64,000 nucleotides of DNA, from the IMG/VR virus record IMGVR_UViG_3300037467_003067, positions 192,001-256,000 of that record. The stretch is one strand, 5' to 3'. The notes under the pieces are model-generated. The model was not told where the DNA came from, made no database searches, and saw nothing but the letters and a program-made list of their open reading frames with translations. Position numbers and translations under genes: made by a program. Shown here in pieces: positions 1 through 10,704 of the stretch. Numbering within the stretch: position 1 is the first letter of the stretch; each line of letters begins with the position of its first letter. The DNA is from a virus. Lineage: Duplodnaviria; Caudoviricetes.

Positions 1-1104
1 CGCCGCAGCTTTGGCGGCAATCCTGAAATCCTCGACCGTGTGAATCGCCCCACCGTTAATTTCACATAGGTTGCATCCTTGGAATCCCGTTAATCCGGTT
101 TCCTCATCGATGCCCCTGAGGTTGACCTCGACGCAGGGATTGAACAGACTCTCGGGGTCGTCGGACCAAACGAATCCCGGTTCGCCGAATTCCTTGACCG
201 ACTCCATGATCTTGTAAAAAGTCTCGCGGCTGGTCTGGTCTCGGATCAGAAGAACGGAGTTGTTGGAACGCGCCCGCTGGGGGTTCTCAGTGAACCAGTT
301 GCCGGTCTTCGCTTTGAGCATCAACTCATCTTCGGGCGAGAACAGGCAGATGGTCGCACTACGTCGCACACCGCCGCTGAGGACGGCATCGCTGGCGTGC
401 ATCAGGATATCGTAGCAATCGATGGGACGAAGTCGTGTGAAACCCTGGACGAAGATCCTCTCAAGAATCAATTTACGGATGATGTCCAAGGATCGTCGCA
501 GCGGCTCCGGTCCAGGTGCCTTGCCGACGCCCGAAGCCAAAACCGACCCTTTTTCGCGGATCTGAGAGTAGTCGAAAACAACCTCGTATCCTTCCCATTC
601 GGGAAACTCGGAATGGGGCATGAAGGACGCCAGGAGAACGCCGAGGGCATCGGACCAGCCTTCGATGGTATCGGGAATGACGTAAGTCTTCTTGCCTTTG
701 GAAGCATAGGACTTCAAGCAGGACTTGTGGAAATCAGGTAACTTGGCAACGTGATGGAGTTGGACGGAGAATCCGACGCCGGAACCGCAAAGAAGGAGCC
801 AGAATGCCTCTTGGAAGAACCGGACGCGGTCGCAATACGACGAGGTGCAGTTGAAGATTCTACTATTTTTCTTTTCAATTGGTTCGCCACCGAACTGGAG
901 GGCGCGCTGTGATCCTAGGACTCGTTTTTGGATGACCTGTTCGAACGCCCATTCGATGTGTTCTCGGACCTGAGGATACCGTCTGATGTGCATGTCGCGA
1001 ACGCGATAAACCGCCTCTTCCCACGTCTCCCTTCTCTTTTTATCTTTTAAATATCTGGCATATTTACTGGTAAATGTATAATCTGACATCGCTTTTAACG
1101 ACAT
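1..1104 (-). CDS. nrdJ: Class II (AdoCbl-dependent) ribonucleotide reductase, runs off left edge
   Basis: Manual translation from ATG 1104: MSLKAMSDYTFTSKYARY..RRETWEE..SQRALQFGG..IFNC..GSGVGFSV..GEPGF..FNPCVE..GCNLCEIN; absent from ORF track (no stop in window). Confidence 0.92.
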   Translation of the reverse strand, partial: MSLKAMSDYTFTSKYARYLKDKKRRETWEEAVYRVRDMHIRRYPQVREHIEWAFEQVIQKRVLGSQRALQFGGEPIEKKNSRIFNCTSSYCDRVRFFQEAFWLLLCGSGVGFSVQLHHVAKLPDFHKSCLKSYASKGKKTYVIPDTIEGWSDALGVLLASFMPHSEFPEWEGYEVVFDYSQIREKGSVLASGVGKAPGPEPLRRSLDIIRKLILERIFVQGFTRLRPIDCYDILMHASDAVLSGGVRRSATICLFSPEDELMLKAKTGNWFTENPQRARSNNSVLLIRDQTSRETFYKIMESVKEFGEPGFVWSDDPESLFNPCVEVNLRGIDEETGLTGFQGCNLCEINGGAIHTVEDFRIAAKAAA

Positions 1105-1216
1105 ATTTTTCCTTCTTTTTTCCATTACATTTTTTAATTGATTGTATCTATTCCTGCCTTTACACAAGCAGGGATGGTACATATTCATTATCAATTTATT
1201 TTTACAAAATTAATAT

Positions 1217-1268
1217 CTATTAACGAAATAGAGAGGTCTACTAATAGACCTCTCTATTTCGTTAATAG
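1217..1268. repeat. Perfect 24-bp inverted repeat with 4-nt loop
   Basis: CTATTAACGAAATAGAGAGGTCTA-CTAA-TAGACCTCTCTATTTCGTTAATAG. Confidence 0.9.
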
Positions 1269-1286
1269 GAATTTTGAGGGACGTTC

Positions 1287-3293
1287 TCAAGCCGCGATCA
1301 TGCGTGTTATGCCATCTCGGCGTTCCAAATTGATGGTCTGGCATCCCTGCAAAAGATCCAGGAGTTCCGGATCATGCGTGGTCACGAACACCTGGCGATT
1401 CGTCGCCAATTCTTGAATCATATCGAATGCTGCGACCTTGCCGTTGGTGTCGATATTGGTGACCACTTCATCCAAGAATAGAACCGAAGGACAAGCCCCG
1501 CAATTGAGCATCTGGATATGGGCTGCCGAATGGATGACTGCCAGGTTCATTCTTCGTCGCTCGCCACCCGACATCATGGAATAGATGAAGGGGTCGTCGT
1601 CGAATGGAACCCGCTCGATCGTCGGCTCCAGCATGTTGTCGAATCGAAGCTTTAGATTACCATAAATCAGGATATCTAGCCAGTATTCAATTTGAGAATT
1701 TAAAGCCGGAATGATTCCATCAATTACGAATTTGCGAATACCATCATCGCCAAAAGCATTGACCCAGAATTTGAAATAGGGGATCATTTTTTCAGCCTTG
1801 GTGATCTCCTGCCGCTTTGCCTCAGCCAAGTCGTTCTTCTGATTTACCTCTTCAGACGCGGAGAGCAGGATCGCATCGAACGGAGAAGGACCATCCAACT
1901 CCTTCTTGCGATTCTCGGCTTCCTGCTTGAGATCAGCGATCCTCTGATTGATCAGCGCGAGATCTTTGTCAATGCTGGGCTTGTCGATCTTCTCCAAACC
2001 CGAGACCTCCATTTGATTCTTGGAGATCCTTGTGGATATCTCTAGGTTCTTTGACCCAGCCATCTGAATCATGCCATCGACTTCTTTGAGCTTGGCGGAT
2101 TTCTGTGTAATTTGCTCCTGTTTCTTCTTAAGATCAAGAGAGTATTGGGCGATGTCTTGTTCTTGCTTGAAAATATCTTGCCTAGTTTGTTCGATCACAT
2201 GGGCAGCATTTTTGGGGTCAATCGTTCCGAAACACTTGCTACAAGCAACCCCGGCTTCCAGATTGCCTAGATCCTGGATTTTATGTTCTAAATTAGAATT
2301 AGAAATTTTTAATTCGTTGATTTGTTGGTTAAGATAGTTGGCTTCCATCGTGAGCGTATTGACTTCCAGCCGGATCGAGTCCTTCTTGGTTTTGATCTCT
2401 TCGGTCATGCGAGAGATCCGCTCTTGATTCTCGCGATCTGCCAGGATTGTCCTGTTCAAGTTAGCGATGTTCTCTTGGGCTTGATTGTAGAAGACCAGGG
2501 CAGATCCGGTATCGGAGGATTCCAGGCGATGTTGTTCTTGCTGGATTCTCGCGAGCAAGGCATCGATCCGTTCTTGCTGGTTTTCTCGCCAGGACCGTTG
2601 CTGACCGCTGACCTGATGGACCCTTCGCTTGGCAATATCGAGTTCCAGGAGTAGGCGTTCGTATTCGGCTGACATTGCCTTGATGGACTTGTCGGCTTCC
2701 AGGCGAACAGCCTTGGCGACCTTGTTGTATTCACGATACTTCTCCAGAGAGAGGAGATTCTCGATGAAGACCCGCTTGGTGGGTCCGTCCATCTCCAACA
2801 CGGCGTGGTCATTGCGGTCGTCGAAAACCGCCACGCTCACGAAGGATTTGTGATTCATGCCGAGGATGGCTTCAATCTTCTTCTGAGTCTCGGGAGCGCC
2901 AGCACCGCACGTGATTTCCGTGGAATCGTCCCAGATCCCTTCCTCGCTCTCCCACAATTGGAGATGGTCGGGCTTGCGACACCTCACGACCCGGTATTTG
3001 TCCCAGATAATCTCCACCTTGAGCTTCTTCTTGATCTCCTTGTGGATCAAGGCACTGACGACCGTCTTGTCCCGAGTGATCTTGCCGAAGAGGGCGTAGC
3101 TGATAATGTCGAAAATCGAGCTCTTCCCAGATCCGTTGCTTCCCGGTTTACCGGTCACGGGATCGACATCGTGCCAGTTCTTGCCGTTGATCAAGACGAT
3201 GTTTCCCATCGTCTCCAGGTTGAGTTCGATACCTTCGGGACCAAAACACAGGAAGTTATAAGCTGCTATATACTTAAAATTTAAATTAAACAT
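1287..3293 (-). CDS. sbcC: SbcC/Rad50 (T4 gp46-like) recombination ATPase
   Basis: Walker A NGSGKS, coiled coil with CSKC zinc hook, MSGGE signature, LFLDE Walker B. Confidence 0.92.
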   Translation of the reverse strand: MFNLNFKYIAAYNFLCFGPEGIELNLETMGNIVLINGKNWHDVDPVTGKPGSNGSGKSSIFDIISYALFGKITRDKTVVSALIHKEIKKKLKVEIIWDKYRVVRCRKPDHLQLWESEEGIWDDSTEITCGAGAPETQKKIEAILGMNHKSFVSVAVFDDRNDHAVLEMDGPTKRVFIENLLSLEKYREYNKVAKAVRLEADKSIKAMSAEYERLLLELDIAKRRVHQVSGQQRSWRENQQERIDALLARIQQEQHRLESSDTGSALVFYNQAQENIANLNRTILADRENQERISRMTEEIKTKKDSIRLEVNTLTMEANYLNQQINELKISNSNLEHKIQDLGNLEAGVACSKCFGTIDPKNAAHVIEQTRQDIFKQEQDIAQYSLDLKKKQEQITQKSAKLKEVDGMIQMAGSKNLEISTRISKNQMEVSGLEKIDKPSIDKDLALINQRIADLKQEAENRKKELDGPSPFDAILLSASEEVNQKNDLAEAKRQEITKAEKMIPYFKFWVNAFGDDGIRKFVIDGIIPALNSQIEYWLDILIYGNLKLRFDNMLEPTIERVPFDDDPFIYSMMSGGERRRMNLAVIHSAAHIQMLNCGACPSVLFLDEVVTNIDTNGKVAAFDMIQELATNRQVFVTTHDPELLDLLQGCQTINLERRDGITRMIAA

Positions 3294-3296
3294 TAA

Positions 3297-4142
3297 TTAG
3301 TCAATCCTAGGTATTCCATGATTCGTCAAGATCTCGCCGCGATATTCGGTGCGGTCCCATTGGTGGAAAAGAGACCAAGGGACATTGTCGCGATTGACAA
3401 GCTTGCCATTCTCCCAGCGATAAGCGGTTGATCCGCGTGCTACATGATTCTTGATCGTATTCCCCGTGACCGCATAAGGGATCTTGTTGGGATCAGCTAG
3501 GAAGTAAGATTTGCCGAGATCCTTGTATCTCGGGTGATGATAGAGAAAATTGATGTAGCACTGGTCGGTAGTTGGTGCATTGCCGACGGCGGTCATCATG
3601 TACATGAGGAACGCGAAATCTCGAACGTGATTTGATTTACCTAGAACGACCCCTCCATTAACTACTGACCAGTGGTCGAAGTCATAATGATCGACGCGGG
3701 CGATTTCCCTGAGTCGGTCTTGCTCGGTGCTGTTCCATTCGCATTCGAAATGACTCAATCCTTCATTGCAAAGAATGACATTATAACGATCTAATCCCCA
3801 AGATTCAATATGGGAAATCGGGTTATATTGCCATAATACATCTTTACTATCAGTGAAGATTACATGATCATGTTTATGTCCATAAAGCGTTAAGTAATCG
3901 TTGAGGCACTTCCATCTGTAGGTGAAGACATTGGCGCGGGTTGGTGTCGGATAAACGAAGATCTCGTAGCCCATTCGGCTGAAGGTGTCGAGTTCGTTTC
4001 GACCCATCTCCGAGGTTATGATGACTCGCTTACCGTCGCCGAAGACATCCCTGAGCGTATTGGCGTAGACCATCACCATGGGATTTCGGCAATAGGTCTC
4101 GCCCGAGAGATAGGTGATGGCTAAATTAGTCAACGGCGTCAT
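3297..4142 (-). CDS. Putative glycosyltransferase-like protein
   Basis: VIFTDSKDV, NGGVVLG, DQ..N and HQWDR motifs resembling GT-A fold; start moved to MTPLTN. Confidence 0.55.
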   Translation of the reverse strand: MTPLTNLAITYLSGETYCRNPMVMVYANTLRDVFGDGKRVIITSEMGRNELDTFSRMGYEIFVYPTPTRANVFTYRWKCLNDYLTLYGHKHDHVIFTDSKDVLWQYNPISHIESWGLDRYNVILCNEGLSHFECEWNSTEQDRLREIARVDHYDFDHWSVVNGGVVLGKSNHVRDFAFLMYMMTAVGNAPTTDQCYINFLYHHPRYKDLGKSYFLADPNKIPYAVTGNTIKNHVARGSTAYRWENGKLVNRDNVPWSLFHQWDRTEYRGEILTNHGIPRID

Positions 4143-5322
4143 GGAATTTTTCCTGGTAGTTTGAGGCGAGCAATGCGGGATGGAGGGCATCCTTGGCGGC
4201 AACCATGGCGTCCTCGTTATTCGGATCGGTCTCGATGATCCTTCTGCCGATTTCTAGGAGTATGTTGAGGTCCAGTCCTTCCAATTCCTCTTGGGTACAT
4301 TCGGCGATGTAGCGTTCCAGCATCTTGTCCTGCGATTCCAGAAGAGACTTGGCATCCTTGATCGCCTTCTGGTCTTCGGTTGTATCCTTCTTGTCTCGAC
4401 CATGCTTGAACTGGAGACTCGCCACTTCGTGGTTATTGAGGATGTCGCGGCGGATCTCGATCATCTCGGTCTGGGATGCGGTGCTCGGCATCACGACGGT
4501 CACGAAGTGGTGGGCGAGGTCATGCTTGTTGAGTTGCTCGGGCTTGAGGATCAGGTGTTTCGGTGAGAAGTCATTGACGATGTACTTCTTCTCGAACGTA
4601 TCAAGGTCATGGAGGATGATATGTTTCTGGCAGAAAGCTTCGGAGTTGGTGAGTTCCAGGGGAGAGCCGATATACTCAATTTCCTTGTTCTTGCCTAGGA
4701 CTTGGCTGTCATGGTAGTGACCGAGATAGACTTGGGTCCAGCCCGCCATGAATTCCTGGTCGATCTTGACCATTTCTCCATCGTTCTCCACGACCACGTC
4801 TGCTTCGGTGAAGGCATTCAATTTTGCACCGTCGACCGCGAGGTGGGAACAAAGAAGTCGCTTATCGCCCTTCTTGCGGGGAGAAAGAGTTTTTAGGACC
4901 GAAATATCGTGGATGGGGTTTTCGGTGAATGGGAGGAAATCGATCATTTCGCCCTGGATGGACATCGAGCAGGGCTTGTCGATGATGTTGACACAGTCGA
5001 ATGCTCGCAGGAATGCCGGGGAATGGACATCCCATTTATCTCTGTGCCACATGTCGTGGTTGCCGAGGAGCAGGTAGAGTTGAAAAGAACAACCGCGACC
5101 GAAGTATTGTTCAAAGACTTCGAAGACACGGAAGAGGGTGAGGACTTCGATTTTGGTACGGTCGTGGAAGAGGTCTCCCAGGAACAGGACGCTCTCGACT
5201 TTATTCTCGATTGCGGTGTCGAAGACCCACTTGAGGACGTTGATGCAGTCTTGGAGTCGGTCGCTCGACCTTTTATGAGAATGAAGATGCAAGTCTGAAA
5301 AAAGTAATATGTTATTGGGCAT
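4126..5322 (-). CDS. sbcD: SbcD/Mre11 (T4 gp47-like) metallophosphoesterase nuclease
   Basis: SDLH, LGDLF, GNHD, GHYH, YIGSP motifs; near sbcC. Confidence 0.92.
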   Translation of the reverse strand: MPNNILLFSDLHLHSHKRSSDRLQDCINVLKWVFDTAIENKVESVLFLGDLFHDRTKIEVLTLFRVFEVFEQYFGRGCSFQLYLLLGNHDMWHRDKWDVHSPAFLRAFDCVNIIDKPCSMSIQGEMIDFLPFTENPIHDISVLKTLSPRKKGDKRLLCSHLAVDGAKLNAFTEADVVVENDGEMVKIDQEFMAGWTQVYLGHYHDSQVLGKNKEIEYIGSPLELTNSEAFCQKHIILHDLDTFEKKYIVNDFSPKHLILKPEQLNKHDLAHHFVTVVMPSTASQTEMIEIRRDILNNHEVASLQFKHGRDKKDTTEDQKAIKDAKSLLESQDKMLERYIAECTQEELEGLDLNILLEIGRRIIETDPNNEDAMVAAKDALHPALLASNYQEKFHDAVD

Positions 5323-5437
5323 GTTTTCTTCTGCGTTAATCTCAAGACTTATGTTAGTTTGCTTAACTGCTCTTAGGTTAGAGCGGGCATTCTAACATAA
5401 TTCAAAGAATAAAGAAAGAGATTAACGCAAGAGAAAA

Positions 5438-5935
5438 TCACATTCCAGGGACAGGAGCGGGAGAACCACTTGGACCGCCTGCGGGCGGCTCGCCCATTCC
5501 AGCGGCAGGATCGGGACCACCGGGGGGCGGTCCACCAGCACCACCCATATCGGGCGGGGGCGTCGGAGGCGTAGCGGGCTTCTCAGGCTTTCGGTCGTCT
5601 TTGATGGGCTTGTGGTGGAGTATCTTCTCCAGGACATCCCAGACGTCGAAGCTTTTGAGTTTCATAGGTCCGGCAGGGGAACCGCCGGGAGGCGCACCAC
5701 CGGGTGGAGGACCGCCCATAGGGGGCATGCCTCCACCACCGCCGCCAATCATCGGAGGAGGGGGAGGGGGACCACCGACACCACCGAGAGGAGGACCGCC
5801 TGGTCCCCCTCCAAGACCACCAGGCAGCCCACCGGGTCCACCGGGAGGAGGACCGCCTGGTCCGCCCCCAGGAGGAGGTGGCGGGGCGTCTTCACTGAAG
5901 AGTTCGGTATATTTAATGTAATCACGGAATCGCAT
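5438..5935 (-). CDS. Pro/Gly-rich low-complexity protein, possible virion-internal protein
   Basis: N-terminus MRFRDYIKYTE; TAAATA 4 nt upstream of ATG. Confidence 0.65.
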   Translation of the reverse strand: MRFRDYIKYTELFSEDAPPPPPGGGPGGPPPGGPGGLPGGLGGGPGGPPLGGVGGPPPPPPMIGGGGGGMPPMGGPPPGGAPPGGSPAGPMKLKSFDVWDVLEKILHHKPIKDDRKPEKPATPPTPPPDMGGAGGPPPGGPDPAAGMGEPPAGGPSGSPAPVPGM

Positions 5936-5997
5936 GTATTATTTAAGCCTCGACGATAGGAAAATTATTACGGAAGTCCATGTTATCAATTTTTTGG

Positions 5998-6026
5998 TTT
6001 ACAGCCGCACAGTTTCACGTTAAGAT
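5998..6026 (+). promoter_or_regulatory. sigma70-like promoter for envelope operon
   Basis: TTTACA-17 nt-TAAGAT. Confidence 0.55.
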
Positions 6027-6083
6027 TAGAGAGCGATGTGGTTTGGAATTTTCGATGCTAAAACCCACGGGAGATTGTAGCAG

Positions 6084-7928
6084 ATGCGGAAATTTTGCTT
6101 GCTGTTAGGTTTGTTGGTTTTGACAGCCGGTGCTACTCACCCGCCTGTCAGTTCGGTTCGGCCCAAGCCGTCCGATTCCATCGATTTTCCCACGCTCATC
6201 TGGGGCGGGGACGTGGCGACACTCGCGGCGAACGGGGGACAGCAGACCACCCCGTCATCCTTCTGGGGTAAGGCGGGCGTCAAGGTCCGGTTAGTCCCCG
6301 GCGACGACTTCGACCAGCAGGTCAAGCGGTATCTCATAGGCGAGACACCGTTCCTGCGGGGTGAACTCGGTATGCTCGGGGCAAGGTCTGAGTTGCTCAA
6401 TGCCTCGCCTGCGACCAAACCAGTGATCCTCTATCTGATGACGTACTCGGCAGGCGGGGACTGCTTGGTCGCAGTCGATCCGATCCGCAACGTCAACGAT
6501 CTCAAGGCGGTCGACGGCAAGAAGAAACGGGTCGCCCTCCAGAAAAACGGTCCGCACATGAACTTATTCAACATCATCCTCACGAACGCTCACATGACGT
6601 GGGATGATGTTGAGGTGGTCTGGTGTAAGGACCTGACGGGTGATCCTGCCAAGGGCGACCATCCTGGTGCCAGGCTCCGACGAGGCGAAGCCGATGCCTG
6701 CTTCGTCATCAGTCCTGACATGATCGGTCTCACGACCGGACCCGGCAAGGTGGGCAACGGCAAGGAAGGGACGGTCAAGGGTGCTCGCGACATCCTCGAT
6801 ACCAAAACGTTGTCCCGTGGCGTCATGGACGTGTTCGCGGTTCGCAAGGACTTCTACGACGAGAACACCGACTACTGCAAGAAGATCACAGCCGGGTTCA
6901 TGCGAGGGACCTATGACCTCATGTCGGGGCAGGTCGACTATGACGCCAAGAAGAAGACCCCGGCAGCCAAGGCATACATCGATAACCTGACCCTTGCCAG
7001 GAAGTATTTCGGCGACGTGGTGATCCCGAACGTCGAGATCGAGGGCGTGGGCATGGTCCACGACGCCGAGTTCCAGGGCATTCCCGGCAACATCGCCTTC
7101 TTCCACGACAAGGGCAACCTGAACAACTTCGAGCGGATGCAGACGGAAGTCCTCAATCTCGCCAACACGCTCAAGTTCGCGACCAAGCGTTCCGGGTTCT
7201 TGCCGTCGCCGTGGGACTGGAAGGAGATCGCGAGCGTAGCAGGCGTCAAATATGACGAACCCAATCTGTCCAAACCGCGAATCGCCGAGAACATCGACCT
7301 GCTTCCCGGCGACGAATCGAAGTATAGTTTCACCGTCAACTTCGGCGTAGACCAGGACACTTTCAACGCCGACACCTACGGCAATGTCCTGGACGACTGT
7401 ATCAAGCTCGCGGCGAGCTATCGCAACGGCGTGGTCTTGGTTCGGGGACACACCGATATCTCGAAGACCTTGTTTGATCTCGTGGTCGTATTGCGAGAGA
7501 ATGGCGTCCTCAAGGAAAGCGGCAACGGCACAAACAAGCAATACTTCCTCAACGGCGAGCCGCTCAACCTCGGCAACACTGCCGCGATCACCAAGTTGAT
7601 CTCGGAAAGTACGTTTGAGGGCTTCCCGAGACAGGTCAACATCCGGGGCAAGCAGGTCCAGGTGGACAATCCCAAGGATGACGTGAGTGCGATGGACACG
7701 CTTTCGCGGCGACGTGCAGAGGCGTTTCGTGCTGCCGTGATCCAGCGTGCCAAGGACACCAAGGTCAATCTCGACGCCAGTCAGATTCAGATCACGGGGG
7801 TCGGGATTCGCGAACCGTTGGTCTCGCGACCGAGGAATCCGCAGCAGGCGATGCAGAACATGCGGGTCGAAATCCAGGTACGTGAGGTCGGGGGCGAAGC
7901 CCTCAGCCCCGAACTGTTCAATCCGTGA
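6084..7928 (+). CDS. Secreted NMT1/SsuA-like substrate-binding domain fused to OmpA-like C-terminal domain
   Basis: Signal peptide; TYSAGGD binding-protein motif; C-terminal VRGHTD..LSRRRA..NMRVEI. Confidence 0.75.
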   Translation: MRKFCLLLGLLVLTAGATHPPVSSVRPKPSDSIDFPTLIWGGDVATLAANGGQQTTPSSFWGKAGVKVRLVPGDDFDQQVKRYLIGETPFLRGELGMLGARSELLNASPATKPVILYLMTYSAGGDCLVAVDPIRNVNDLKAVDGKKKRVALQKNGPHMNLFNIILTNAHMTWDDVEVVWCKDLTGDPAKGDHPGARLRRGEADACFVISPDMIGLTTGPGKVGNGKEGTVKGARDILDTKTLSRGVMDVFAVRKDFYDENTDYCKKITAGFMRGTYDLMSGQVDYDAKKKTPAAKAYIDNLTLARKYFGDVVIPNVEIEGVGMVHDAEFQGIPGNIAFFHDKGNLNNFERMQTEVLNLANTLKFATKRSGFLPSPWDWKEIASVAGVKYDEPNLSKPRIAENIDLLPGDESKYSFTVNFGVDQDTFNADTYGNVLDDCIKLAASYRNGVVLVRGHTDISKTLFDLVVVLRENGVLKESGNGTNKQYFLNGEPLNLGNTAAITKLISESTFEGFPRQVNIRGKQVQVDNPKDDVSAMDTLSRRRAEAFRAAVIQRAKDTKVNLDASQIQITGVGIREPLVSRPRNPQQAMQNMRVEIQVREVGGEALSPELFNP

Positions 7929-7935
7929 GAAAACC

Positions 7936-8187
7936 ATGGCTGAGGTCGCACGTAATCGCCTATCGGCTGCGAGGGCAGCACTCAAAGAACTTGATGTTGC
8001 CCTCAACCATGACCGAAAGGCATACGCCCTGCTAGACAAAGTTGCCGAAGCAGGGCGGCAACTGCTCCAGCCAATCTTGGAAGGCAAGATGCCCTCGAAG
8101 TCGAATATCGACCGATTTCGAGGGGCAGTCCAAGAGGCTGAATTGTTCGAACCGACACAAGAACCATTACCCGATCCTGAGGATTGA
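7936..8187 (+). CDS. Hypothetical protein
   Basis: ATG start fills gap between operon genes. Confidence 0.6.
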   Translation: MAEVARNRLSAARAALKELDVALNHDRKAYALLDKVAEAGRQLLQPILEGKMPSKSNIDRFRGAVQEAELFEPTQEPLPDPED

Positions 8188-8188
8188 C

Positions 8189-9091
8189 ATGAGCCGAGTG
8201 AAATGGATCATCGTTTGCCTGTTGGCTTTATCTACACAGGCAATCGCCAAGGACACTTACGTGGTCGTGGTGGATGCCAGCGGGTCGATGGAAGAGCGGG
8301 ATATCCCGGTCAAGGGCGGCTACATGAGCCGGATGAATGTCGCCAAAGAAGCCCTGAAACGGGTCCTCGTCAACCTCCAAGGAGATGTCGATCTCGGGAT
8401 TGTGGTGTTCTCGGCAGGCAATCTTCAAAACGATTGGGTCTATCCCATCGGGAGAGTTGTTCGCGAGAAGGTCGCAGCAGCGATCGACTTGCCTTCGTCC
8501 TATGGTGGGACTCCGCTCGGCGATTACATCAAGATCGGTGCCGACCAACTCCTGGCGAAGCGGGCGAAGGCGGGCAATTCGGGGCGATATCGCCTGATCC
8601 TGGTGACCGATGGCGAAAGCAATGAAGGTCACGATCCCGCCGAATGGTTGGCTGAGGTCAAACGCAAGGGAATCGAAGTCGATTTGATCGGTTTAGCAAT
8701 GTCGTCGGAGCACGGACTTGCCCGTCAGGTCATATCGCTCCCGACTCCAGGGACCTATCAGAACGCTGCGAGCATGGAGCAGTTGGTGGAAGCGGTCGCA
8801 AATTCCACCAAGGAAGCTCCCGTGACCGCAAGCGGCGGGATCGATCCGGTGATCTTCGAAGAGATTGCCCCATTGCCCGACAAGGTCTCCGAAGCGATGA
8901 TCAAGACCATCTCCTACTACGACAATACACCGATCGGAGAACAACCTTCGACGGTCTCCGTGGATGACCAGGGCAATATCATCACGACCTCTGCTGCCGA
9001 CGAAGGCAGTAATTGGTGGATGATCGCCCTTGGCGTCCTGGTCGTCGTAGTCTTCGGGGTGATCGTCATCATGGTATTGTCGTCGCTCTAA
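8189..9091 (+). CDS. Secreted vWA-domain protein with C-terminal membrane anchor
   Basis: MIDAS DASGS, GGTPL, VTDGE; N-terminal signal, C-terminal TM. Confidence 0.88.
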   Translation: MSRVKWIIVCLLALSTQAIAKDTYVVVVDASGSMEERDIPVKGGYMSRMNVAKEALKRVLVNLQGDVDLGIVVFSAGNLQNDWVYPIGRVVREKVAAAIDLPSSYGGTPLGDYIKIGADQLLAKRAKAGNSGRYRLILVTDGESNEGHDPAEWLAEVKRKGIEVDLIGLAMSSEHGLARQVISLPTPGTYQNAASMEQLVEAVANSTKEAPVTASGGIDPVIFEEIAPLPDKVSEAMIKTISYYDNTPIGEQPSTVSVDDQGNIITTSAADEGSNWWMIALGVLVVVVFGVIVIMVLSSL

Positions 9092-9130
9092 CCTTCCGTC
9101 TCGCACCATGACCGATAAAGGGAGATCCTG

Positions 9131-10687
9131 ATGAAGAATATCAAGATTGCGGCGATTTGGATCTGTTTCGTTGTACTTCCGATTGCGGTCGTGGTGCGAT
9201 ATTACGTGATGCCCAAGCGGGCTGAACGGGTCGCCCAAGAGCAGCAACAACAAGGACGACAGAAGGTAGCGGCGACCGGGGCGAGATCCCACTATGACAA
9301 GAAGATACGCATCGTCCTGGACAGTTTCTCGGGATATTGGGCGTTTCGATCGCCTGAATTTGCCCGACAACTCGGAGGATTCGGGATCATGCCCGAACTC
9401 TACGACGACGGGGCGAACTATCCGGGTAGATACGCATTGCTTCAGTCGGGCGGAATCGATGCCGCCGTCTTCACGGTCGACGCTTACCTCAGCACGGCTG
9501 CGAAATTCGCCGAGAAGAACCCCGACGCCACCCTCGACCAGAAGTTGCCAGGGACAATCGCCTTGGTGATCGATGAGACCAAAGGGGCGGATGCCTTGGC
9601 GGGGTACAAGGCAAAGTATCCCAATATCGACAGCCTCAACAAGCCCGATACCAAGTTCGTCCTCACGCCCAATTCGCCCAGCGAAGCTCTGTCTCGCGTG
9701 GTCTTCGGTTACTTCAACCTGAACCGGGTCGACCGCAATAAGTGCTTCGTCCACACCAAATCATCGACCGAGGTTTACGAGATCGCTCGCAAAGCCAAGC
9801 CCGACGCCTCACAGGTCTACGGCGTCTGGGAACCAGACCTCTCCAAATTACTCCAGAATCCGAATATCCACGTCATTGTGGACAGCAGCCGATTTCGCGG
9901 GTATATTGTGGATGTCCTCCTGTTCAACCGGAACTTCCTGATCGAGAATCACCAGACAGCCAAGGATGTCATCGTTGCCTATCTCCGAACCCAATACGAA
10001 CGAAGAAACATGCTTCCCCAGGCTGTCAAAAGCGATGCCCTGCTCGCCTCCAATCTGTCCCTGAGCGACCAGCAAGCGAATCGCACGGTCCAAGGCATCT
10101 GGTGGAAGAACACGAGCGAAAACTATGGACACCTCGGAGTCACGACCGATTCGTCGCTCCAGAACATCGAGAATATCATCCGTCAGAATGCGGATATTTT
10201 GATCAAATCTGGGGCGATCGATTCCGACCCGTCCGAAGGACAACCGAACTACCTCTACTACCCCAAGATCCTCCAGGAATTGAAGGATGAAGGCTTTCAT
10301 CCCGGAGTGTCCACGGATTCGGCTGAGGAAACGGTCCGTGCAGAGAAGATATTGCCAGAGTTGAACGAAGATCAGTGGAATGCTCTCCACAAGATCGGGA
10401 CGCTGAAGATCGATGAATTGGTCTTCGCGAGGGGCAGCAGCGAGTTGACTGAGAATGCCAAGGGCAATTTAAACAAGTTGGCGGAAAGCCTGAGAGCCTG
10501 GCCGACCTACTACGTGACCATCCAGGGCAACAGTGCCGACGACCGGGAACTGGCACTGGAACGAGCCAGGACGGCTGAGGCTTACTTGGTCGACAAAGGG
10601 ATTGAACGAAGTCGAGTCCGCGCACTTGCTGGGAAACCGACCGGTGCGACCAGGGTGACGTTTACCTTGGGACAGCAGAGTTATTGA
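9131..10687 (+). CDS. Membrane-anchored substrate-binding domain/OmpA-like fusion
   Basis: N-terminal TM; DETKGADA, WEPD; C-terminal FARGSSEL..IQGN..LALERA..RVTF. Confidence 0.78.
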   Translation: MKNIKIAAIWICFVVLPIAVVVRYYVMPKRAERVAQEQQQQGRQKVAATGARSHYDKKIRIVLDSFSGYWAFRSPEFARQLGGFGIMPELYDDGANYPGRYALLQSGGIDAAVFTVDAYLSTAAKFAEKNPDATLDQKLPGTIALVIDETKGADALAGYKAKYPNIDSLNKPDTKFVLTPNSPSEALSRVVFGYFNLNRVDRNKCFVHTKSSTEVYEIARKAKPDASQVYGVWEPDLSKLLQNPNIHVIVDSSRFRGYIVDVLLFNRNFLIENHQTAKDVIVAYLRTQYERRNMLPQAVKSDALLASNLSLSDQQANRTVQGIWWKNTSENYGHLGVTTDSSLQNIENIIRQNADILIKSGAIDSDPSEGQPNYLYYPKILQELKDEGFHPGVSTDSAEETVRAEKILPELNEDQWNALHKIGTLKIDELVFARGSSELTENAKGNLNKLAESLRAWPTYYVTIQGNSADDRELALERARTAEAYLVDKGIERSRVRALAGKPTGATRVTFTLGQQSY

Positions 10688-10704
10688 CACAGGGAGTGGG
10701 TGGT

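Noticed and set aside
6564-8087. Long antisense ORFs (also 8693-9754, 12336-13391, 14866-15852, 36530-37615)
   Set aside because: Shadow frames of GC3-rich genes; no motifs, and the opposite strand has clear domains.
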